Assembly: GCA_000934665.2 (NCBI GenBank)
Contig: KZ539104.1
Location: 1-33,758 of the forward strand
Direction of reading: 5' to 3'
From: Catajapyx aquilonaris
Taxonomy: Eukaryota
Length of the DNA stretch: 33,758 nucleotides
The notes beneath the pieces are model-generated. The model worked only from the letters and a program-made list of their open reading frames with translations. It was not told where the DNA came from and searched no databases. The translations under genes were made by a program, and so were the position numbers. Within the stretch, counting starts at the first letter, position 1; each line of letters opens with the position of its first letter. Of the stretch, positions 1-10,569 are shown one piece after another.

Positions 1-208
1 CGCAGAAGTTGGTATTGGCCAGCTCGTCCCATGTATAAACATAGGCTCAACACCCCACCCCCTTCCCTCCGTTTCTAAGCGCAAGAACTACCTTAAAAAG
101 TGAATCAACCGTGTTCTAATACCAGATTGAATCATGTGCAGGTTAAGCAAACTCCTTTCAGTGTCTAGTTGGATTTACTCGTTTGATACGGTCATTGTCC
201 TACCAAAT

Positions 209-314
209 TGATTGATTCTTTATTTCTATCGTACAATGTACATAGAAAGACACTCACCCTCCTCTACCATTACCATCTTTACACGCTACAATACTATATT
301 ACACAACTGCAACG
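209..314 (-). mobile_element. 5'-truncated non-LTR retroelement 3' end with 15-bp TSD
   Basis: Direct repeat ATTGTCCTACCAAAT at 194-208 and 315-329. The minus strand of the insert ends AAATAAAGAATCAATCA (polyA signal plus short AATC tail). Confidence 0.6.
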
Positions 315-1320
315 ATTGTCCTACCAAATGAAGTTATTAATAGTAAAATATGTTGGAAAACCAGATTTATACTCCGCGACTTTTCAAAGTGTCAACCTTT
401 GCTACATAATTTTGCGAGAAATCCCCCTAAAGATGGACCCCCACCATCATGCATTCCATAATATTATAGCGAATGAGTGTTCACCTCCGTCGAAATGGCA
501 TTATCCTGACCATGCAGGGCAATCCACATGACGTTTCCGTGCATCGGGAAGCCCAACTTACAGGATGAAAAGTAGACCCTCTGCAGCATTCAGTTCCAGG
601 CAATGCAATGTTAAAAAATTAATCAGCTAAATTGCTTCCTGATTCTCAAATTCTTTATGTAGTTTATAGTACAGTATATTTCAGAGAGTCATTAATTGCA
701 GACCTATTATCAGAAGCCTAGGAACTATTGAGAAAATCCAATAGAAAATCATAAAGTAAGCATCTGGTCCTGCAGTAGCCTGGGGGTGAAGAAAAAGACT
801 GCAGATCATAACAATATTCCTTGTGCCTCCTTTGCCAGAGTGTGATATGAGTGGCCAGTTGCACTTGGTACTTATCATGTCTGTTGGAGATAAGCATTGC
901 TCACAGTCAGTTTTTAACAATTCCACCTGAATACAGCCCACTGTACACAGTAACTGTGGGATGATGGCATTTTGTAAACCATTTGTAACAGTTTGGTGAA
1001 TACGTATGAAGTATCGTAACCTTTTTATATTCGTAGAATTATGTAATGCGCAGTCTGGAACTAATAGCTCTTACTTCAGTACTCCTTAGTGTTGCACATT
1101 ATTACATCAAAATAAAGGACCAATTTTCACCTGTTACAACACTGGAATTCAGCATATTAAACACACATGAACCTCCAAATGTTAAATGTTAAAAATTATG
1201 CATATAGGGAAGATGAATTTTTTCACCTGCTGTACTTCACTACCATATTCTTGATGCACAGTACCTTGATGGCACCATATCAAAGGATCATTCTGTGATG
1301 CTGTATGAGGGTTAAGAAAT

Positions 1321-1571
1321 GAGGGGAGTCTGAGATCAAACACAGCCAAAGTCCACTGGGAAAAATGGGTCATAAAATGAGCAAACACTGATGATTACTT
1401 AACTTTCACTGGTACTATCTTGAAACTTTTTACATCCATATGTTGCTGCTGTTCGGCTACATAGTCAAATGTGCAGTTAATACCCAATGACATCAAAATA
1501 CATAATTGCTGCACATATTTGTGTTAGACCCCCCATTGGTGGACTTGGCTGTTTTTGATCTCAGACCGCTC
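1321..1571. mobile_element. MITE, Sola-like (GAG...CTC termini, 4-bp AAAT TSD)
   Basis: Imperfect ~35-bp TIRs GAGGGGAGTCTGAGATCAAACACAGCCAAAGTCCAC / GTGGACTTGGCTGTTTTTGATCTCAGACCGCTC. AAAT at 1317-1320 and 1572-1575. Confidence 0.65.
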
Positions 1572-2243
1572 AAATACATGGTCCAGACATGGCAGACACC
1601 AAACTTTCTTTAATTTATTTTGCAGAACAGACGTACCCTGCAGCTTTCGTGTGGATTGTTACAACATGGCATCACCAGTATTCAAGATTTTTTATTTCAT
1701 GTCATGGAGTACTAAGTACTAATCAAGTAAGGGAGATCGGGGTCGGTTGAAATACTTTTTAGTCTGGATTTTAAAATTCAGTTACGTATGCATTGAGGCA
1801 AAAGTTTATGACATGGTGGAAATAAGGCAAGATTCCTTTGTAAAATTAATATTTTAAAATCTGAAGATTAAAAATTGATGGAGGTATAAATATTTTTCTA
1901 AGGCAACCAACCCCATCATAGGAGCTGTTGTAACAGAGGGAGGGGTCGATTGTAATACTATGTCTTAAGGGGAAAATGCAAGATGGAAGAACTGTTTACA
2001 CCCACTCATCTTCTCGACAATATTGTCTTATAGCCTACTTGATATAATTATCTAGATTACTTATCTCTCGATACACTGGAATTTATTCAGCAGATGGATA
2101 TTACAAAATAATGTATTTTTGATTCATATAAATTTTCGATGAAGTTGTTAAGAAGATTCATTGCATAAAATAATGTACAGGGTTCGGATTTAACGTACCT
2201 TCGCTTTGGGAAATGATCGAGGGGTTCTAGATCATTTTAAGTA

Positions 2244-2522
2244 CCATATAAATAATGGATACCCCGCGATAGGCCTCCTTGGGCCTTTAAGGCCTTTAGG
2301 GGATCATCTTTTCAACAACCGACTTTAATCATTTGTCTGTGCTCCAATGGGTTTTTCCATGTGGGAGGAAACGGGAGAGCCCCGAGAAAACCCACACAAA
2401 CATGGAGAGAACCCATTCAAACTCTATCCAGATAATTATCCTCTGTCCGGTCCGGGGATTGAACTCTGGACCATAGAGGTGGTAGGCTGTGGCACTAACC
2501 ACTACACCACTGTGCCGCCCCT
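2244..2522 (-). mobile_element. tRNA-derived SINE with V-domain-like core
   Basis: 16-bp TSD TAGATCATTTTAAGTA (2228-2243, 2523-2538). A box TGGTGTAGTGG and B box GAGTTCAATCC. Core GAGTTTGAATGGGTTCTCTCCATGTTTGTGTGGGTTTTCTCGGGCTCTCCCGTTTCCTCCCACA resembles the V-SINE conserved domain. Confidence 0.85.
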
Positions 2523-2617
2523 TAGATCATTTTAAGTAGAGGCAATCATGGGTCTCTGCATCATAGTTACAGAGATAAAGTGCTTCAAACACAAGGTATC
2601 AAATATCCTGGCACATA

Positions 2618-2756
2618 CTATCTGGGTCAATTAGTTCTGGCCACTTTATCCTGGTCTTGAAGCAACCTTTCACACACATACACCTCACTGTGGGGCATGT
2701 GCGAAGGGTTGCTTCAAGACCAGGATAAAGTGGCCGGAACTAATTGAGCCTCATAG
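2618..2756. mobile_element. 139-bp foldback (hairpin) MITE with TA TSD
   Basis: Arms CAATTAGTTCTGGCCACTTTATCCTGGTCTTGAAGCAACCTTTCACACA and its reverse complement with 3 mismatches. TA at 2616-2617 and 2757-2758. Absent at the equivalent position of family B copy 2. Confidence 0.85.
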
Positions 2757-3189
2757 TACATGCGTCCTTCCACGTGACCTTACCTTTTTCATTTAAATTT
2801 CAAGTGTCAACATGTAATTTAATTTAATTTACGTTCTTGTTAGGTGTAGCAGGGAATGCCCTAGGGCCTAGGCGATGGAAGTGTCGTAAGCAGTATCTGA
2901 AACCTACAGTATAAGCTGGGATAATGCATTTTTTATTTAATGCTAATTATCTCGGTAACTATGCAGCAGAGACCCATGATGCATGTACTCAAAGTGATCA
3001 ATCGCCTAGAACCCCTCGATCATTTCCCAAAGAGATGGTACGTTAAATTTCCGAGCCCTGTATATCCTGTGTGATATGGAGGCCTAGTTGTAACACTCCG
3101 TACATGTACATGACCTTTCTGTCATGATTCAATTATGATTATATTCTTCTTGATCATCATCAAAACCGCGATTGTGAGCCAAATATCCC

Positions 3190-3367
3190 ACAGGTGGGAA
3201 AGCCTGTTTGTTTTCTGTTTAATTTTGTTGCAAAAATGGTAGACTGTAACGTGGGACAAATAATTCCAACGGAACGTACTGTTTTCTTGTCAAATTAATT
3301 TAGCAGCAGCTTCCATCTCTACATGCTTAGAACCTCGATTGGAAACAAGTTTATTTGTAGGTGGCAT
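3190..3367 (-). pseudogene. Possible decayed transposase N-terminus (HTH-psq-like) inside the outer transposon
   Basis: Minus strand from ATG 3367 reads MPPTNKLVSNRGSKHVEMEAAAKLI*QENSTFRWNYLSHVTVYHFCNKIKQK, reminiscent of pogo-type transposase N-termini. Has an in-frame stop. Resemblance judged from memory only. Confidence 0.35.
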
Positions 3368-4390
3368 CCTGTCAACAATTATTGGTGTAATGGTACTAGG
3401 TCTAGTCTTTTATATCCTCACATAAGCATGCTGGAGCAGCCAAGTCACAAAATTGCCTGTGATCAACCAACAGGCTCAGTTTTGACATGTTACAACCGCC
3501 CCCGAGGAAGTTGTTACAACCGCCCCATTGTCTTGTAGATATGATTACTACTTTTTTACTATGTACATGATTTGGTCATCCACACCATCAGTCTGTGTGA
3601 CCCCACTAAAGGAACCTTTCTCATGGTATCTACCAAGGGCACATTTCAATGACACCCCTACTCTCCACATAATCACTTGATTACTGCCACTCAAAAAAGT
3701 TGGGAACACACCTTGATTTTGTTTTTTTTTGCATAGAACAACAAAAAACAAAAAAGACGTAGCCAAAATTTGGCGTGGCTTAGAAGCCATAGTGACACAC
3801 ATGCTGGGTGAGTTTCAGCTTCAGGGCTTTCCCAACGTATTTATTATTGGCGATGTTATAACCGTACCCTGTTACAACCAACCCCGATCTCCCTTACTGT
3901 GGGTAGTACTAATAAAACTTTTATGTGGTAATTTGTATGTTGTATTTTAAGGGACAGTGGTATCATTAATAGCCTTCGCTCTCTAGATGGTATAAAATAG
4001 AAAAACCACGCCCGCACACAATTATTTCTTACATTGAAACATTCCAGACCACCATAAAAATTGAATTTTAATGCAGTATGTTTTATGACTGGTTTTATAC
4101 TGGTTTTGGTCTAATATCAACATCACAATGGAATCACAATTTTTATATGTTAGCAATAACATAAAATTGAACATTCAGGGTGGTGCACTGCCTGTATTCA
4201 CAGTACAGTCCATCAACTTTCTTCTCTAAAAGCCATTCACTCCAGGCAACCCAAAGGGAAAATTGATGGTGTATCATACAATGCTTAGCAACACATGGAG
4301 TTGCCCTACATCATGACAACTCCTGGTTTTGCTGACACCGAGTCTCATTTGCCGGATTTACACGAGGCAGTGGGTAGGATCTGCCTTTAA

Positions 4391-5273
4391 CCCTGTAGCG
4401 GGCATTGTTGCCTGAGGGCAACAATTAATTTGCACAGGCGCCATAAGCTTCAACATTGGTCCTGGAAACCACAGTGTGGCTTGATGTCACCGTTAGTTTG
4501 TTAGCTTCCGCTGGATGACATGCAATGTCGACAATGTTATGATCGGGATATGGTATGAAGCGGAGAGAAGCCAAGGTCGTTGAAAATGGCGCGAAGTTTG
4601 AATTTGCTGAAGCAGCAATTGTTTCTGGAGCTGATTAGATATAGGTGCAGATAGGAAATATCCAATTGCATGTGTAACACTGCAAGAGTAGCTCTCTCGT
4701 CGCCATTTGAGGCCATTCTAATTTTGCCAGCACAATTTCATCACAATTTTTTGGCGGCGCAGGCACAATATTGCTTGAGGTTTGAGTCCTAAGTCATTGT
4801 ACTATTTTTATTCGAAAACGGAAATATGTACAGATATGACCATTACTACGTTTTAAAGGCCCGGCGATTACAATTTGGACCGGAATATAGATGGCCCCGA
4901 GATCTCAAGGGGAGCCGGTAAACGAAAGGGGATCGTGACCCCCCACCCCGAGCTGCATGAGACGGTGGAAGGGTGGGGGTTATGATCCCGCCTTTAGTTT
5001 TCTGGTCCCCTTTGCGATATGGATGCCATCTATTTATCAGATGAAATTGTAATCACCGGACCTTCAAAACTTAGCAAAGGTCATCTCTGTATGTGTTACC
5101 ATTTTTGAATAAAAAAATACTCGCCATGACTTTTGACTCACCCGGTGTAACTTCAAAGTCATTGGGTCAGAGATGACCAAAACATAATAAAAACCATCCT
5201 TACGTCGCATATGATGAGAAAAAGGCGTTAGAATTTTTTTCTTCTCACAATCCTAAATGTGTGCAGTACAGGG
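4391..5273. mobile_element. piggyBac-like non-autonomous element
   Basis: TTAA|CCCTGTA ... TACAGGG|TTAA (TTAA at 4387-4390 and 5274-5277). The TIR match is short. Confidence 0.55.
4783..5141. mobile_element. Long foldback element (~165-bp imperfect arms) inside the piggyBac-like element
   Basis: TGAGTCCTAAGTCAT...GATCGTGACCCCCCACCC pairs with GGGTGGGGGTTATGATC...ATGACTTTTGACTCA. Spacer ~20 nt at ~4950-4970. Confidence 0.75.
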
Positions 5274-5368
5274 TTAATCATGTTATTACAATATCGGTCA
5301 AGTGTCCATAAGCAATTTCAAAGAAGAAACTGCTTGTATGCGTGCAAATAAAAATTCCAATCAACAGT

Positions 5369-5382
5369 TTTATTTTTTTATT
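5369..5382 (-). terminator. Candidate distal polyadenylation signals (two AATAAA) of the AP-4 transcript
   Basis: TTTATT at 5369-5374 and 5377-5382 on the + strand, followed on the minus strand by a U-rich tract. The minus strand of ~5.4-9.8 kb looks U-rich, like a 3' UTR. No transcript evidence. Confidence 0.3.
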
Positions 5383-6138
5383 TTAGTTCTTTTCAAAGGA
5401 ATTCATACAAGCTTGAGGGGGGAAAAAGCAACATACATGGAGAAAAAAGGTACCGAACAGCATTCACTTTTTCAAGTTGATTTCTAACTTACTTTTTCAT
5501 TGTTTTTTTTTTGGAAAACGTATGCGAGGTATGAAGCTTCCTTTTTTCTTGCTTAAAACATCTCCAGAATAAAAAAGTTGAACACATTTCACAGAATGAT
5601 TTCTCTTGCTGGGGCAAAAATTATCTTTGGCTTAATATTTTTCCCACATCTTGCCTGGATACTCATCGAATATTTTCCCCCCATTTATGGAATCCTGTTT
5701 TCTCTGCTTTTAAGGGGACTTTTTTTTTTTTTTTTTCAAAAAATAACAGAAATGAAAAGTGACAATTTTACAAGTTATATACAACAGAAAATGAGAAGAA
5801 ACTAGGTGTAAAGAAATGCAGAATAAAAAGAAAGGAGAGCCACAATTTCGCCGTTGACTTGTTACTTCATGATTTAGGCATCTGTTTTCAAAGCAGCGTA
5901 ATATAATGTGATGCATTTACATTTCTAAACGATAATTTCATATTTCTGCAAATAAAGGTTTTGCAAACTGTACTAAGAAAAACAGTAAATAACTGAAGGG
6001 AAACACAAAATAAGTGCTGTATAATCCTGCACACTCTGACCTTTCAGTTCCTAACTTAACTTTGCCATCAAAACAAAATGACAATCTTTCCTTAAAAAAA
6101 AAAAAATCATCCCGCTCCCCACCCCACACCATCAACTC

Positions 6139-6416
6139 CAGGGTCGGACAGGGGGGGGTAGGGGCGCTTGTGCCATCTGAACTCTTTATGGGGCCAAGCA
6201 CTCATGCCCTCTGCCCCCCCACCTCCCTCTCTCTCTCTCTCTCTCTCTCAAAAAAACAGAAATATTTCATTTATCATTTATTTTGGAAGTGGGTAAGCTC
6301 TCCAAGCTTCCACAAGCACAATATATTCAAAAGATTTGTGTAAGTTTTGGACTGTATGAGAGAGAGGAGGGCTCATGTGCCTTTGGCACATGACCTCATG
6401 GCCTAGTCCGACCCTG
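6139..6416. mobile_element. hAT-type MITE
   Basis: 11-bp perfect TIR CAGGGTCGGAC/GTCCGACCCTG. 8-bp TSD ATCAACTC (6131-6138) / ATCAACTA (6417-6424). Contains (CT)n at 6226-6249. Confidence 0.8.
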
Positions 6417-6919
6417 ATCAACTACATAACTAGATGGCAGTTTGAGCAAACAAACTGTGCATCACAGCCTGCACCATATCCAGTTACTTCTTTAATCTGA
6501 TGGGGAGAGGGGAGGGAATTTGTCAAAAGCAAAATGTCTTTTCTACAAGTGTTTCCAAACTCAAAAGTGAATGATTTCTGCTTAAGCCTACTTTTTTTGA
6601 CATTTTTTTTTCTTTTTTCTTGTCCTCCCCGTCACATGTTTCAGGTACACTACTTAATCCAGCTCATTTTAAATCAGGGGGGATGTGATGTAATCTGTTT
6701 GTGTGTGTGTGGGTGTGTGCGTGCACGTGTATACTTGTCACTTGTGTATTGTTTACAATAGCCATGTAAAGCTCCCCACCACTGAAACCATTTCAAAGAC
6801 AGGAAAGAAACTAATTTCATAAAAAGAAGGCTCGTTTTTTGGCACCCACTGGTCTGGAAATAGGAACTAAGATACAAATTAGATGGTGGGGAGAATTAAA
6901 CACAATGATCAGATATATA

Positions 6920-7339
6920 CATGGTGCAGAAATTTAACGTACTGTCACGTTTGGGGGTGCTAGATGGGTTCTAGGTGATCATTCTAAGATTAGGTGTCTT
7001 GGTGTTTGCAGCCTAGTTACTGAGATAATAGGCTTCAAACGCAAGGTATAAAAAATCCTGTCAAGTATGTGTCCCTCCACATTTTTTGTTTAAATTGTAG
7101 GTGTTATCATATCATTTAAATTTAAGACGTGATCCCATTAGGTGTAGCAGACAATGGCCTGAGTGATGTAAGTGTCACAGGATGTGTCTGCAACACAGAT
7201 GATATAATGCACTCTTCATTTGATGCAAATTATTTGGATAACTAGGCTGCTGAGACCCACTATACCTATACTTAAAATGATCACCTAGAACCCCTCTACC
7301 ATCCCCCAAAGTGAAAGTACATTAAATTTCTGAACCCTA
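6920..7339. mobile_element. Tc1/mariner-type MITE, family B copy 2 (uninterrupted)
   Basis: TA|CATGGTGCAGAAATTTAACGTAC...GGGTTCTAGGTGATCATT and AATGATCACCTAGAACCC...GTACATTAAATTTCTGAACCCTA|TA. Collinear with 2178-3060 once the insertions are removed. Confidence 0.85.
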
Positions 7340-8003
7340 TATATGATGTAAGAAAAAGGACAGCATGGCCTGCATTGTCACTAACCTATCAATGCTGAAC
7401 ATGAATGCTTATTACTACTTTTTAAAAATGCTGTGAATGCCGTTAACTCCCAAACAGCATCTTCGTTAAAAGAACAAAAGACTTTTTAATGGGGAAAATT
7501 TCTACCATTCACAAATCAGTCTTGAGGTTTAAAGAAGAAGTCACTTCAGTGCAATTACAAAAAACCAGAATAAAGAAAGTAAAATGGCAACGTAGCTCAA
7601 TTACTTAAAAATTGTAGTGAGCTCCAAAAACAAATATGAAAAACATGATCAGTGGCACCCGCTCTTAGAACTTCATAACTGCATGATTTTTTTTCTCAAT
7701 ATAAAGTGTACAAAGTTTACAACAGGGAGGGGCAAAAATCAGAAGTTTTTTTTGTCATTTTTATATTGGGAGGGATGAAGGTCCTACTGAAAAAGGTCTC
7801 TCAAATTACTACTAGGTAGCACTGACATAAAAAATTTAAATCATGAAAACCTTGGTGACAGTTACAGATAGTACACAGACTATTTTCCACAAAACATGGG
7901 AAGTGAGAGGGGGTTATCTGTACCCCCCCAAAAAAAAATTGGGAAGAGGGGGGTAAATAAAATGCAAAATAACCTGGCAGTGGATTCTGACATAACTCCC
8001 TGC

Positions 8004-8029
8004 TCAACCAACCGAAATCGGTTGGTTGA
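8004..8029. repeat. Perfect 12-bp inverted repeat
   Basis: TCAACCAACCGA-AA-TCGGTTGGTTGA. Confidence 0.9.
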
Positions 8030-8597
8030 TTTATCATCCCAGCCGCATACACTAAGCCCCTCCACCCCCACTTCCTCCACCCACTTCCCCCCCTCAAAAA
8101 AAGACACATTTGACATTTGATTCAGTATTGATTCAAATCGCCTACAGTTTTTATGGCCTGACAAAACGTCACCTCCTGCACACTAAAAAAATGCGCCTTC
8201 ACCAGTCACTGGGAAAACACTCGCAGCACTGTTTCAGTAATCGTGAAACACATTTTTGAGTTCAATCCCGAAAGCGCACTTTTGAAGGGCAGGTGACAAC
8301 TTAGCTTAGGTATGTAACATGGAAAAAAACATTCAAAACTTCTTGCAAGTCAAACCAATGCCTCTTCGCACTTACAACATGATGAGTTCAAAGCTCCGGA
8401 ATGTGATTTATTATTTTTCATGAAAGAGGCTGAATGCTCCTTGCACAAAAGTTTAGACAAAAAATAAACGCTTACACCTAGACACCGTTCCTTGCCGTAT
8501 TTCTTTTTAAAGTCCCAGGATTATCATTTCTTGCATAGGGCTATCAATGGAATGGGTGACACTTCCAAATTAAATGCCTAAAACCGCAGGTATGCTA

Positions 8598-8770
8598 GGG
8601 GCGACACATTGGTGTAGTGGCTAAAATCACAGCCTTCCACCTCGGAGGTTTTGTGTTTGATCCCAGGATCCAGCAGAGGATACTTTTCCATATAGAAAGA
8701 GTTTCAAGAGGTTCTCTGTCTGTTTGTGTGGGTTTTCTTGGAATTTCCTCCTACTGTACAAAAATCTCTC
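8598..8770 (+). mobile_element. Diverged tRNA-derived SINE related to 2244-2522
   Basis: GGGGCGACACATTGGTGTAGTGGCTAAAATCACAGCCTTCCACCTC...GTTTGATCCC...CAGAGGATA...GAGTTT...GGTTCTCTGTCTGTTTGTGTGGGTTTTCT aligns with the head and core of the first SINE. The 3' end and TSD are not resolved. Confidence 0.75.
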
Positions 8771-9801
8771 TTCCTCCCTCACCCTTCCCTATGCCAGATA
8801 GCCTTAGTTGCCTTGGCTCCCCCAATCAACCGACCAACCAACCACAGGTATAACTCTGATGCTGTTGTGTAAGTGACCTTTTCCACACTTTTATCCATTG
8901 CAACCAGCTGACAGTAGTGAAATTGCATATGGTCTACTTTTCAAATGTTTTATGCAATGAAATAATTTGCCACACTGGCTTACACGGGCAGCTGCTCAAA
9001 ATTCTGCCAGTGTCATATGAAATCCATACGTAACATATTCTGTGAGTGGCAGATTCAATCTTTCACCTGGCACTGAATTTTATAATTAATAAATCTCATG
9101 TAGCTCCTCCACAGTATTAAGGAGCATCTGTAATTGTGAATTAATGAGACTCAGGCAACTAAAACACGGGTGACATATAAAAGAGTGGGTCATTTCTCAT
9201 AATTCTCCATCCATTACAATTACATGCTGGATTTTGTATACACAATGCCAATAAAGAACAGTATAAATGGACTGGCTTCCCAGGTTTAATGAGGCAAGGT
9301 AAGCTTTACTCTCATTTGCACATGATTGTTTCTTTTAAGTTCTTCTTGCTTATAATAATTCGCTTACTTCATAGTGAAATTTAAAGCAAATGAATATGAA
9401 AATAGCTTCCAATATATAAAGTGCATTTGCATAATAGTGCTTTCAGATCATTACACCATTAACACTCAAGCCTGTACAGCAATGTCAAATTTTTGTACCA
9501 TGATTTACATGCTGTAATAATAAATAGATGCATTAATTTACACTTACAGAATAACATAAACGTACATGATTTCCTCCTTGACCCCTAATATACTAAAGGT
9601 TTGCATTAAAACAAGCATCCCCAAACCTCATGCCCTCTGCAAGAAACAATCCTGAGTCCCAAAATTTAGCGCTTAAGTGCAGCAAAACTCTCAAAGAGTC
9701 CACCTGCCTATTGGGAACCACATGTCACAAGTCCACTCCTCTATCTTGACATAAGTCCACCGCACCTTAACCTTGATGTGGCCTATAATCCTGGCCATCT
9801 T

Positions 9802-10201
9802 TCACGAGTGTTGCTTGGCCACGATGACCCCAGGACGGGTCTGCTGCACAATCGCCGCAGAGGTGAGTACATTGAGCACGTGGTGGGTGGTGGGCGGTCT
9901 GTATTCGTCCAGGGTGGGGGGAGCCACCGGTCTCTGCTGGCCTAAGGGCAGGCCCAGGGGTGAGGATGGGGAAGAAGAGGCTGGGGAGGAGGAGGATGAA
10001 GGCGGAGAGTTGGAGGGGGAGGAAGTGGTGGTCAGCTCTAATGGGGTCTCCTGCAGGGGAAGGGTGGGAGAAGTGGGGGGAGGAGGGCGGTGCAGGGGGC
10101 GCTTGGGGGGATCATCATTGAACAGGTGGTCCCCTTCCAGATGTCGAATGGCTTCGACAATGGTCTCCAGGTTCTGACGGGATGTGTTGGCCAGGTACAG
10201 T
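9802..10201 (-). CDS. TFAP4: AP-4 terminal coding exon: TIV motif, Ser/Pro-rich tail, stop
   Basis: Acceptor CTGATTTCAG|, phase 2. (R)LYLANTSRQNLETIVEAIRHLEGDHLF is the AP-4 TIV motif, followed by ...QETPLELTT...QQTRPGVIVAKQHS and TGA at 9804-9802. The five exons total 1374 nt = 457 aa + stop from ATG 29201. Confidence 0.93.
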
Positions 10202-10330
10202 CTGAAATCAGAATGACAGGGTCAGACAAAATGTTTCCTCATTCAGCAACAAAATAATGGTTCAAAAGTCTAAGCCAGTATACAAGTAGCTCTTATTTCA
10301 GCTTATGCACATACCATGCATTTCAGAATT

Positions 10331-10569
10331 GAGGGGTGTGGTGGAGAAACATGGTAACTGACAAAGGTGTAATTTTCCAGGAGAGGGAATTGAAGTTTGC
10401 ATTTTCTTAACAAATCATAGGGAATGCTGGTTTGAATCTGGTCCGTGTGGCTGTCTTGTGGATGACTTGGAATATACCAAACTGTTTGTCATGTCTTATA
10501 CATAGTTGCTAGGTGTTAGGTCAAAAATGACAAAAATGTCAGTTATCATGTTTTTCCACCACACCCCTC
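10331..10569. mobile_element. MITE, Sola-like (GAG...CTC termini, AATT TSD)
   Basis: 33-bp TIR GAGGGGTGTGGTGGAGAAACATGGTAACTGACA / TGTCAGTTATCATGTTTTTCCACCACACCCCTC (2 mismatches). AATT at 10327-10330 and 10570-10573. Confidence 0.8.

Larger units (their letters stand above)
2178..3060. mobile_element. Tc1/mariner-type MITE, family B copy 1 (carries two younger insertions)
   Basis: TA|CAGGGTTCGGATTTAACGTACC...TTTGGGAAATGATCGAGGGGTTCTAG and CTAGAACCCCTCGATCATTTCCCAAA...GGTACGTTAAATTTCCGAGCCCTG|TA. Homologous along its length to 6920-7339. Confidence 0.85.
1730..3894. mobile_element. Degenerate pogo/Tc1-mariner-like DNA transposon (outer element of the nest)
   Basis: TIR AGGGAGATCGGGGTCGGTTG vs AGGGAGATCGGGGTTGGTTG (19/20), TA on both flanks (1728-1729, 3895-3896), subterminal repeats GTTACAACCGCCCC at ~3488 and ~3512. 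Confidence 0.75.

Noticed and set aside
208..531. 107-aa ORF at the window start
   Set aside because: Non-ATG start, spans a TSD-flanked retro-fragment, no protein-like features.
9691..9804. Stop-codon readthrough or selenocysteine (36 open codons after TGA)
   Set aside because: Context is UGA-A rather than the leaky UGA-C, no SECIS was seen, and this length is compatible with chance.
9773..10177. Plus-strand 134-aa Gly/Glu-rich ORF
   Set aside because: Antisense shadow of the Ser/Pro-rich last AP-4 exon.
10038..10229. Minus-strand 63-aa ORF over the last exon
   Set aside because: Wrong frame; the spliced frame carrying the TIV motif is the real one.
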